Source: Hyphochytrium catenoides (taxonomy: Eukaryota; Protista; Hyphochytriomycota). Taken from it: a stretch of 64,000 nucleotides of DNA. The stretch is from assembly GCA_900088475.1 (NCBI GenBank), contig FLMG01000600.1, forward strand, positions 3,388-67,387. Direction: 5' to 3'. The stretch's first letter is position 1. Each line of letters starts with the position of its first letter. Below the pieces are notes generated by a model that had not been told where the DNA came from, made no database searches, and was given only the letters and a program-made list of their open reading frames with translations. The position numbers were made by a program, and so were the translations under genes. Positions 53,101-64,000 of the stretch are shown one piece after another.

Positions 53101-56100
53101 TCCCGCCTGTAGCTCGATAGGGGCCCCAACGGCGGCCCCTGTTCCAGAACCCGCGGATATTGAAACTTTACCAGCTAACCCTTTTCGACTGTACCCAGTA
53201 CTCAGATTGATAGGACCACTTCGTCCTAGAGCCGAAGCACCGGAATAAAGGCTTATCGCACCACTAGATGCTTGGTGACCGGCTACATTGGGTGATATGA
53301 TATCCACACCCCCGCTTTGGCCAGAAAGACTAGTGCCGGATGTGACCATCACTTTGCCACCAAGCCCATCCCCGCTTGACGAGCCTGCCATTAGGTGGAC
53401 ATTACCACCTCCGGAAAGTTCAGATGACGAGAGGGATGAGCCTGCTTTCAGTAGCAAATCTCCCCCAGACGAAGTTCCTCCCATCGGTGAAAATGAAGAA
53501 CCTGCGGAGATCAATATTCTTCCAACTTCGCCCCCATATTCGCCAGTCCTGCCAGCGGATATCACTATGGAACCGCTTGCTTTAGCGTTGCCTGTCTGAA
53601 TATGGAGCGAGCCACTTTCCCCTTGGCTGCTGTTGCCGGTGGCAAGCGTGAGTGCACCTGTCTTACCATGAGCTGAACTTTGACCGTTGTCTGAGGATTT
53701 GACAGTAATGTCACCTGAATGCATATCAGAAATACCGCTCTGGACCTTGACTTCACCGGAAGCGCCGTGTCCCGAAGGAGCGGCACCACTAAATATGCTT
53801 ACTGACCCTGACTGACCAGGACCAAGGATGGGGCCGCTGCCGAGCCAGATAGTACCGCTATCGCCACCTGTCGATGTTCCAGTAGTTATATCAATGATGC
53901 CACCAGCACCCGTACTTGCGGAGCCACTTCTCAATTCCACCTTTCCTCCTGAACCTGACATCCCTGATGTGTTACCAGCCAGGATTTCAATAGACCCTCC
54001 AGCAGAGTCTTTGGCAGTCATAGAACCAGCCTCAACCTTCACACTAGCTCCGACGCCTGTGACACCATTACCGGCCTTTATATCAACCAAGCCACCGGAG
54101 CCCTTTGCACTCGATCCAGTTTCAAGGGAGATTGAACCTGCTGCATCCGTTTGAGACATGGAGGAAGACACACGAATACTCCCACTGCTGCCTTTTGCTC
54201 CGCTTCGTCCTGTAGAGACTGTAATATCTCCACTGTTATCAGCGTTCGAAGTTCCACTGCTCAAATACAGGTGACCACCTGCCCCATGTGCGCTAGAGCC
54301 ACTCTCGAGCTTAAGTGATCCTCCTGCGACTGAGGAAAGTGACGAGCCACCTAAGACACTTATGGTGCCCGGGATGCCTGTGGCGGAAGGACCTGCGCTC
54401 AGGCTGATGGATCCACTAGAGACTGCAGGCCCGGAAGAGATGGATATGTCCCCACTTTGAGCAGAGTGACTGGAACCTGTACGGATCCCAAGTTGGCCAC
54501 TGTTCCCACGATCTGCAGAATACGTATAGACCAGTACAGCTCCGCTGTCGCTCTTGCTTGCCCCTAAAGGAGCGGAGCCTGATCCTATGGAGACAATTCC
54601 GCTACTAGTTCCGAGTGAAGTTGCTCCGGATGCTATTTGAACATCGCCGCCCTTGCCACCGCTGGCGTCACCTGCAGATAGGACTATGTCTCCACCAGCG
54701 GAAGCGGTTGAAGATGATATGCTGGACCCAGCTCTCAGCGAGATATTGCTCCCAGACACTCCAGCCATCGTTGATATCACCGATGCGGCAGTCACGGCGA
54801 TGCTTCCGGCTCCTCTCCTTGCGGCCCCATGGTGGACACCAGACTTAATATCTATAGATCCTGCCTCAAGACTATCACCTGTCGCAATCGCAATAGATCC
54901 CGCCGTCCCTGCCATACTGTTTCCTGTCTTTATGGATGCGGAGCCTGAAGATCCGTGAGCGGTAGGGTCCAAGTTAGAGGTTGACGCTTCGAATATTCCT
55001 GTTCCGCTCTTGGATGCCCCACTCGAGAGGCGGATAGATCCTGACAGTCCCTCTGATGTTTGGCCGCTGAAAAGATGAATTGAGCCGCTCTTGCCATCAA
55101 GTGTAACGGCAGACGCTGTGCCTACGAAGATTGAGCCACTTTCACCTTTCCCATTGGACAGTCCAGTCATCACATGCACGGATCCGCCATGAGCACCTGA
55201 TCCGCCAGACAGGGCTAGATTTCCTCCCGTGCTCCTGTCACCGGAGACTCCACCGCCAGAGATCTTAACGTTGCCGCCTTCAGCTTCTTCCCATAACATA
55301 CCTCCCGCAGCAATGTCCACGGAGCCGCCCTTGCCACTGCGTCCTTCTCCAACTTCTAGGTATATGGAACCGCCTGATGCAGACAAACTAGATCCTGTCT
55401 GAAGTCGAAGGCTTCCTGCATTACCTTTAGTGGCTGTCAAAGTGGCAACTCGAATGTCACCACCTCGTGCACCACCATAGCCAGTTAGAAGGTCTAAAGA
55501 TCCGCTTTGTCCGTCTTCGGAGGCACCAGCTATAATGCTCACGGAGCCACCGGTCCCGGAGTCGCTTGCTCCGCTTTGCAGTCGCAAAAAGCCCCCAACT
55601 CCCTCCTTAGAGGCCCCTGACCCTAACAGTATATGCCCACCACTCCCTCTAGGTGCTGCGCCTCCCAACAACTCCAGCGAACCGCTGCCTTCTTCTCCCA
55701 GAGCAGAGCCAGAAGAAATTGTAACTTCTCCACTTTTGCCAACTCCACTCGAACCGGACCCGATAAGTACGCCTCCGCTATGACCAACCCCCTCTCCCAT
55801 GACGGACCCGGTAGAAAGGGTCATTTTGCCAGATGGGCTTGTTCCACCTTTTGAGGTTACGGCGACAGCTCCACTGATACCACCATTTAGCCCTCCATTG
55901 CCAGACACAATATTGATAGCACCTCCCGACCCAGAAAAAGCACCTCCTCCAGAGAGAGATATGGTGCCTCCCCTGGAGGAGTCAGAAGATGAAGATGTGA
56001 ACCCAGCTTCTAATGTGACGTTGCCGCCATTTTGCTTTGACAATGTTGAACTCAAGGACCCTGCCGAGAGGTGCACACTGGCTGCATCAGCATCCGTTCC

Positions 56101-59100
56101 GACGGAGTTTCCACCTGCGATGAAAACTGAGCCCGCCATACCGCCAGCGCCCGTCATAAATTGCAGAGATCCTGTCGATCCTCTGTAGTTTGTTCCTGTC
56201 GAAAGAGCTACGCTACCCGACGAATGTTCAGCCTCTTCGTCTCTTAAGTTGGTCATAGGGGAACTCATGAGGAGCACATTCCCACTTCCGTAAGCAGAGC
56301 TCCCAGTGGATAGCATTATGTCGCCTGAAACACCACGAGAAGAACTGCCAGTGGAAAGCTCAATTCTACCGCTGTTCTTCTGGCTGTTTCCTGTCCTAAT
56401 CGTTGCTCTACCACTATTGCCAGTGATGGCTTTTCCAGTGACTAGTAGAATTGATCCTCCAGAGTGCCCGTTCCTGCTCCAACCAGCAGTGACGTTCACC
56501 GACCCTCCAGCACCTGCTTCGGAGGCTCCTGCGGAGACCTTGACTAGGCCCCCAGCAAAGTCACGTTTAGAGTACGTCGATCCAGCATTTAGGTCTATTG
56601 ATCCGCCTGCAGCGTCACCTGACGTCCCAACCTGCATGTTGATTGAACCTGCCCCTCCATGGTCACTCATTCCGGTTCTTAGGTACAGCGATCCGCTGTA
56701 ACCAGCTTTTGCGTCGCCCGTTACCATGGAAACGAAGCCACCCATGCTTCCTCCGACCCCTGCATTTACCGTGACATTCCCCCCGCCAGTACTCTCACTT
56801 GCCCCTGCTTCCAACAGAAGGGAGCCGCCCGACAAATTTCTTGAGCCCGAAGCTCCAGCCTTCAAACGGATTGATCCTCCACCCAAGCCCACGGCTAGTT
56901 CAATAGACCCGCTACTTCCTGAATGGGAGTGACCGGTGGCCATAGAGATATGACCCGTTTGTCCGTAACCGCTTTCGTCTGACCGGAGAGAGATGTCTCC
57001 GCTGCCAGTGCCATCATCACTGATGGATTTGGCTGTGTTCAGCGTGAGAGACCCACTTCTCTGTTTTTCAGAAAAGCCACTGCTAATGGTGACATTCCCC
57101 GCTCGACTGCTACCGCTCCGTCCCCCGATGAGCCTGATGGAACCCCCAGGTAGTGCTGAAGAATCGCCACCCACTATATCCACAGCGCCTCCAGCTTGGT
57201 TGGAGCCGTGGATTAGGACTGAGGGTTTTGTGTTGAAGGAGGAGGTCACTCCCACTCCTGCTGACAGCACCACGGCTCCTGCCTGACCTTGTCTGACGTC
57301 TCCTGANNNNNNNNNNNNNNNNNNNNNNNNNNNNNNNNNNNGAAGCAACTCTCACATGGCCTGCAGTTCCCTTCCCAGTAGAAGCTGCTCCCGCACTGAG
57401 CTCGACGTGATTACCTGAGCTGGCATTCTCCTCGGCCACAGCCGCCCCTGCCGAAAAAGTAATAGCACCACCAGCGCGCCTTCCAATACCGGTGGAAACA
57501 ACAACTGACCCAGAGCTCGAGGTTGCACTGGCACCAGTCCGAAGCTTGACGGTTCCCGAGAAGGATGTTCTGGCATCGTTTGTGGCCACTGAAATGTTAC
57601 CACTTTCGAGACCACTCCCAGTCGCCAAAACAACATTACCAGATGCACCTCCCACTCTCTCACCTGTGGTTATGCTAGCATCGCCGCCGGAACCGGTACT
57701 GCCTTGATCCTCGCCTGGCGTCTCCAGACGGAGCTCGCCACTCGATTGTGGTCCTTCACCCGTAATGACGCGAATAGCGCCCCCAACAGCGTCCTTACTT
57801 GAACCAGCCTCCAGTGTAACGGTCCCAGCATTGCCTGCTCTTGATGATCCAGCAGCGAGCCTGATGGGGCCCGCGCTTCCATCTCCTTCGGCGGAGCCAC
57901 TGATCAAATTTAAGGATCCGCTTGAGCCTGGACCTGCAGCTGCTCCACTCTTTAGAGTTATTGGCCCTGACGCCAGGCCGGAGCTCCCTGTAGCAAGGGT
58001 GATCATGCCAGTACTATCACCCCAAGATCTCCCTGTTTGAACTGCGATTTGCCCTGTAGAGTGACCCTCCGAGGTATCAATATTGACATTACCTGTCACT
58101 GAGTCCACCGAAGAACCAGATATTAGCCTCAGATTGCCACCGGAGCCAGTGACGCTTTGGCCTCCTTGCATGATCACAGTACCTCCATTTGACCACTGTG
58201 AAGAACCGGCCGAAAGAGCAATATCACCGCCAAAACTATTTGCTGGAGAATACGCAGTCCCATCATTCGCACCAGCTTTGAGGGAAATCGAGGCACCTCT
58301 CCTCCCCTCTCGTGTCAACCCTCCCTCAACCACGATGTCTCCAGCCCCTAATCCGTCCCCTGACGCTATCACTACTTTTCCGGTGGTCCCAGACGAAGAC
58401 TTTCCGGATTGCAAGGTAACTTCGCCAGTAGTGGCATCCTTTAAGGACACTGATCCGCTGGCAAGCATCATTGCGCCACTCCCAATGCTTGAGCCAGATC
58501 CAGAGAATATTTTCACCAACCCGCCGAGTCTATCAGCATCTCCTGCGTACATGGCAAGGCTGCCCCCGGTTGATGCAGGGTTTGAACCGAATCCGCCCAT
58601 GATCTTTACCTCACCACCTCCCCCTTCACCGTGAGTGTGCTTTCCAGCAATAAGATGGATGGAACCCCCAGTGCTCTCAGAGGAGGTTTCGGCTCTCCGG
58701 CTTGTTCCGGGTTGGACTATAATAGAGCCGGCGGCCCCTTGACGTGCGTCGCCTGACGTCAGAAGGAACTGACCGGAGTTCGTGCCGGAACCCGTCACGG
58801 TGCCTGTTCCCATAACGACTCTACCAGATGGTCCTCCTCCGGACGGTGATGATGTCGTTATACTCAAACTGCCGCTACTCCCCTTGGAGTGTCCTGTGGA
58901 GAGGGTGACATCACCGGAGACTTCGGATGCTTGCCCAGAAGACGCTATTACATTTCCACTTTTACGGTCGGCATCAGCACTCGCGAGAATTAGATGGCCG
59001 CTGTGCCCTCCACGCCCGGTCTCAACCACCACTGAGCCGCCAATTCCAGTAAAGCTTGACGCCGAGCCTGCCGTGATGTTTACGTCTCCCGCTAATAAGT

Positions 59101-62100
59101 CTGAGTCTGAGTGCGAGGAGCCTCCCACAACCCTGATAGCTCCAGGTTTTCCCTTGTCGCCAAAAGCGGAGCCGGCTTCGACGTACACAGATCCTGCTTC
59201 ACCTGATGCTACGAAGCCACTACGAAGCACAAGGGACCCCGAGTTCCTGTCTTTAGCTGTTACGTCACCTGACTGAAGTGAAACATTTCCGCTTGAGGTG
59301 CCCTCCGTCGACAAGGATCTTACGTCCACCCCTCCGGGACTATTCTTACCGCTTCCTGATCGTACCGAGACAAGTCCTCCACTGCCTTCCTCTGATTCGC
59401 CACTTGCGATAGTCATATGACCTCCGGTATTGGAGGCACTGCGTCCTGCTGTCACTAATATTGATCCGCCCTTTTGGTTCACCGAGAATCCAGCAGTTAT
59501 GGAAATTGAACCTAGTCCAATCTCATTATCTGTCCTTGCTGACTTTCCTTCGATCGCAATCCTTCCTCCTCTTTCAGCGTCTGCTCCCGATAGGGAACCC
59601 GAGGAGAGCACCACAGTACCTGAGATGCCCTCTTTGGTACTGCCACTTCCCATCGAGAGATTCCCGGATTGACCAAACCCTGCGTCCCCAGAACGAACCA
59701 TCACAGATCCGGACGATGATGGACTTGCTCCCGAAGATGTCGAGAGGCGAATATCACCACTGACATCTGAGCCTGCTCCTGACGTTAGCGTCAAGGAACC
59801 GCCCCGGCCAGTCGCATGTCCACCCGATACAACCACCTGACCCCCCATGGACTGTGCCTCAGATGCGGATCCTGCCTGAAGAATGAGCCTACCACCATAC
59901 CCGACGGAGGATCCTGCCAATACCCTAATCTCCCCACCAGATGCCTCACTGCTGCCTGAAGAGCCTGCTATGGCTTCAATATGACCCGGCCGCCCTAATT
60001 CCGTCGAGCCTACGCGCAGCCGTATAGTTCCCGTGGAGCTGTCTGCTGCTTGGCCACTGCTAAGTGCTATATCGCCAGAGTTGCCAACCCCCCCAACATC
60101 AGATGTTGATATGTCGATGGCTCCACTGTCCCCGTCCTTTCTGCTAAGTCCGCTTGATAGTAAGATATTTCCGCTTTTGCGGGGAGCGGAACCTGTAGAT
60201 ATCTCAAAAGAGCCACTTGAATGTGATCCAGAGTTTGTGCGGACCTTAATATACCCGCTGGTCTGATGTCCACTCCCACTCTGTATAAGGACAGATCCTC
60301 CAATCGCGTCAAAGGATTTACCAGCTGTAACGTTAAGGGCACCCCCTTCTCCTTCTGTCGATGAACCCCCCTGCAACGCGATTGCGCCTCCTGATGTTCC
60401 CTTTCCTTCTGCTAGTCCACCAACGAACATAAGTTGTCCAACGCGGCGTCCTGGTGAGGTTCCAACGCTTAGTTGAATTGACCCACTTTCACCGTTGAGT
60501 CCTGAAGGTCCCGAACTAATTTTTATGCTTCCAGTATCACCCATATCTCCTTTTCCAGTTTTAAGGTGAATATCTCCACTTTCGGCTTCCCCGCCATCGC
60601 CTGATGCAAGGGTTAGAGAACCTCCCTTGCCAGCCATAGAAGTCCCTGCACCCAGATATATGTTTCCTCCAATGGCTGTGGTTGCATTGCCAGCATTGAT
60701 GTCTACAGATCCTCCTTGAAGCCCTGACCCAGCAAAGATTGCAACTGCACCTCCCGCTGGACCTAAGCCACTGGAACCGGCATTTAAGGCTACCGTGCCC
60801 GGAGTTCCGCCATCCCCTGTCGCTATTCTCACTGGTCCACTTGAGCCTCCTCTTATGTCGCTTCCGGTAGCTATCTCCATGCCACCGGAACCACCAACCT
60901 GAGAAGTTCCAGAAGTTAAGGTCAAAGCACCGCTTCTATGTGAAGCTGAGCCACCTGAAGTTGTCACAGCAATGTCGCCAGTGGAAGCCATGCTAGATCC
61001 CCTGCCGGAAACAAGAAGCAGTGCTCCTCCTTTGCCATTTACTGCTTCACCTGCAGAAAGGGATAGAGTGCCTCCATTTACGATGGTCGAGGTCGCCAGC
61101 GCGCGACCTGCACTGATGGTTGCATTGCCGCCTGCAAAGCCTGAGCCAGCCTGCAAATCAAGGTGCCCACCTCTGACGTTTGGACCGCCACTACTACCAC
61201 TTTGAAGTACAATGGAACCTCCTGCTGAGCTCTCCGAGCTTCCGGCTGAAAGGGCGATAGAACCTCCAGCTCCCATCTTTGTGGAGTTCCCCGCCCCCAA
61301 GGTGACGGAACCAGAATCCATTTGAGCATTTGAGGTTCGGATACTTATGGCGCCCGATTGCTGTTCCGTTGCACTGCCGCTCACAATCTTGATCTTTCCT
61401 GATTGCAGACCATCTCCCGTTGCTAGTCGCAGGTTTCCAGACTTGCTGGCAGCTTGGGATGGACTAGAGATCCATAAGTCACCGCTCCGCACTTTACCTG
61501 ACCCACTTTCAATGCGAGTGGAGCCACCCGTGCTTCCTGCGCTACTCCCAGCCCTTAAATCTATCGAACCGCCATCACCACCATCTTCATCCATGGTCGA
61601 GCCAGCAGAGATGATGGTTGCACCTCCAATTGCACTGGGTCCTACCATTGTCCCTGCTGATACAACAATTGAACCTCCATTACCCAAAACGCCCTGACCG
61701 ACAGTAAGGGAAACTCCACCTCCCTCTTGCGACGATGAAGATCCAGAAGCGATGAGGATGGCTCCAGTGCTGGAGCTCGAATGACTAGACACAATGGTTA
61801 CATTGCCGCTCTCTCCTAGTAGGGTCCCTCCCAGCCCAGATTGCAGTAAAAGGCGACCGCCTTTTCCATGCTTAGACATACCGCCAAGCACCCTGACAGT
61901 ACCTGCATGGCTGCTTTCACTTTGACCACCATAAATGGTTGCATCGCCACCATCCGCTGAGCCAGAGGATCCTGGAATAATATCTACGCTACCACCGTGT
62001 CCTTCCCGGGACCTACCAGCCGCAATAGCTACGTCTGCGCCTTGTTCGTACCCCAAACCTCCGCTGAGCGTTATTTCACCTGCGACTCCGAGGGAAGCGT

Positions 62101-64000
62101 CACCCGTCGCAAGTTTGAGCTGGCCGCTCTTACCGGCATGAGAGCTACCGGTGACAAGGAGTATCGTTCCACTGGGGCTAATCCCTTCACTAATCTGCGA
62201 AGCAGAACTTAGAATGACGTGACCGCTGCCGCTTTCAGCAGAACCGCTACCAGATTGCAGCTGCACAGAACCGCCTAGCTGACCATGAGCACTTTTGCCA
62301 CCCAAAAGCGTGACGTTACCACCTATTCCCGTGGGTGAGTCCCCAGCTACCAAACCCACGCTGCCTCCTATAGCTCCAGCAGCGCGAACAGCACCTGCTG
62401 AGAGAAGAATATCGCCACCTCTCGTACGAGGTGAGTGCAGACCAATACTTTCACCACCCATCACCACAACAGATCCTCCCTGACTTTCAGAGGAACTGCC
62501 AGCCGCGACAGTGATGTTGCCAGATCTCTGCCGCTCAGAGGAACCCGTGGCAAGATTGATCGTTCCGGACCCCCCTGGAGTGGAAGAAGTAGAGATTTGT
62601 ATAGATCCTGTGTTGCTAGGTGACAGTCCGGAGGTAACGTTCACTGTACCCGAAGCAAGAGATTTAGCTACTCCTGAGGATATCGTGATGTTACCACTGT
62701 CCTGAGTCCCGTCAGCGGTTGATATTTGGATTTCACCTGATATCTTGCCGCCACCCGATCTCAACTTAACCTTCCCGCCTTCCAGATAAGAGCCGTCTCC
62801 ACCACCAATATTTATTTCGCCACCCCTTCCGCCCCCTCCAGAACCGCTGACAGTATGTTTTGTGGCTCCTGCGTCAATGAAGATGCTACCGCCTGCATCC
62901 CCGTCAGGGCTGGTTGCACTACCTGACCCTGCTGAAAGTCTTATTTGGCCCCCCGCCGCCATAGCTTTGCCAACGCTCAAAATAATGCTGCCACTTCCAG
63001 ATTGCTTGGAAGATCCACTTTGGAGCATAAGGTTACCAGATGACGATACAGCCCCAATGGTACCTATCTCAATGGAGCCACTCCGTCCTTCCACAAAGTT
63101 TGAGCCTGATCGGAGTTTAATTTGCCCGGAAGTTCCCTTTTCAGAGCCACCTGACGCAATAACAACATTACCGCCATCACCTTGCTCACTCTCTCCAGCC
63201 ATCATGGTCAAATCACCTCCTGTTCCTAGGCGGGAGGAACCACCACGTACAGCCACGTCGCCGCCACCTCCAAGTCGGGCTTCTGATGTCGATTCTCCAC
63301 CCTCAATGTGCACAGAGCCCCCTACTAGGGGTCCTGCAGCATCAGAAGTACCAGCTGATATGGTGACGTTCCCAGCCTCCGCCGCAGCCCCTTGGACGTT
63401 GCCAGTTGCAAGAAGCAAGCTGCCGCTCTGCTTGCCCATGCTCTTTGCTGTTGCAATTGTCATCCTACCGGTGAATCCTTCCAGACCACCCTCCCCAGTC
63501 TTGATATCTACGTCCCCACTGCTTCCAGCTGAGCTATATCCCGATTCGATCCGGATCGCTCCACCTACACCCTCACTAGAGGAATGATTTCCAGCCTGCA
63601 GAGTTACATTACCTCCCCTAGCCCACTTTCCTCTACTACGTATAAGGCTGGAGCCCGCGGACATAAGAAGACTTCCTCCGACGCCATTTGGAGAGGCGAT
63701 GGCCCCTGCCGATATGGCAACATCCGCTCCGGTCTGAGGCGAAATACGCTCCGCAGACGAACCACTTGATAGACCCCCTGCGATGTAGATGCCACCGCTG
63801 GACTCTGCCGTTTCGCTCGAACCGCTTGTCAGTAAAATGGAACCCGATGGCCCCTTCCTAGATGCCCCCGACGACAGTACTAACGATCCAGAAACTCCAT
63901 TGGCTAGCGCTGGGGACGAACCAAGGATCACGCGACCGGTAGACCTGCCCAGAGAGGAGCCGCTCTGCAGGAACACATCGCCAGAGGAAGAGGAAGTAGA
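29116..64000 (-). CDS. Giant (>11,600 aa, 5' end beyond window) Gly/Ser-rich repeat protein, predicted beta-helical/solenoid fibre
   Basis: Four stop-free segments (57342-64000, 37625-57306, 34630-37589, 29116-34585) share the same repeat, (G/S)G-x-hydrophobic-x-hydrophobic-x-(A/S/T)G-x-(S/A/G). They are separated only by N gaps of 35, 35 and 44 nt. The frame is open at the window edge and the stop is at 29116. Confidence 0.85.
34586..34629. other. Assembly gap (44 N)
   Basis: N run. A true length of 42 or 45 nt would keep the giant ORF in frame. Confidence 0.95.
37590..37624. other. Assembly gap (35 N)
   Basis: N run. A true length of 34 or 37 nt would keep the frame. Confidence 0.95.
57307..57341. 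other. Assembly gap (35 N)
   Basis: N run. A true length of 34 or 37 nt would keep the frame. Confidence 0.95.

Noticed and set aside
29447-63587. Dozens of + strand Pro/Glu/Asp-rich ORFs (e.g. 29447-30763)
   Set aside because: Antisense shadows of the Gly/Ser codons of the giant - strand ORF, with no independent coding signal.
29116-64000. Four separate genes or a frameshifted pseudogene
   Set aside because: Frame changes coincide exactly with N gaps of estimated length, the repeat continues on both sides, and there are no internal stops.
29116-64000. Ice-nucleation protein, PE-PGRS, RTX or collagen
   Set aside because: It lacks the strict AGYGSTxTA 16-mer and TxT ladders, the GGAGG/GGNGG runs, the GGxGxDxLx calcium motif and Gly-X-Y periodicity.
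29116-64000. CRISPR array or DNA tandem repeat
   Set aside because: The repetition is at the protein level only. No identical nucleotide repeats or spacers are visible.
1-64000. rRNA/tRNA genes or prokaryotic operon/defence system
   Set aside because: No recognisable structural RNA. The genes carry spliceosomal introns and eukaryote-specific products.

Overview
Eukaryotic nuclear DNA, probably from a flagellated stramenopile-type protist or alga. This is an inference from the short ~45-120 nt GT-AG introns, a WRKY19-like Cys/His-GGG zinc-finger gene and an axonemal dynein intermediate chain. The left ~29 kb is gene-dense and intron-rich. It holds an FGGY gluconokinase-like kinase (-), a 7-repeat zinc-finger protein (+), a LarA-family nickel-pincer racemase/epimerase (+), FAN1 nuclease (-), a small MCPLR membrane protein (-), the acetolactate synthase regulatory subunit (-), a coiled-coil protein (+), a FAM161-like protein (-) and DNAI3/WDR63 (+). 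Possible decayed transposon fragments lie between these genes. The right ~35 kb (29116 to beyond 64000, - strand) appears to be one giant, apparently intronless gene of >11,600 codons. It is made of hundreds of diverged ~15-17 aa Gly/Ser beta-strand repeats and ends in a domain resembling a phage spike or tail-fibre tip. Its frame changes occur only at three short N gaps. The two main candidates for undescribed biology are (1) this giant beta-helical fibre protein and (2) a possible eukaryotic mannonate/gluconate cluster (LarA-type epimerase, gluconokinase and zinc-finger protein). Exon boundaries were read by eye and family assignments come from motif recognition; no database search was run.
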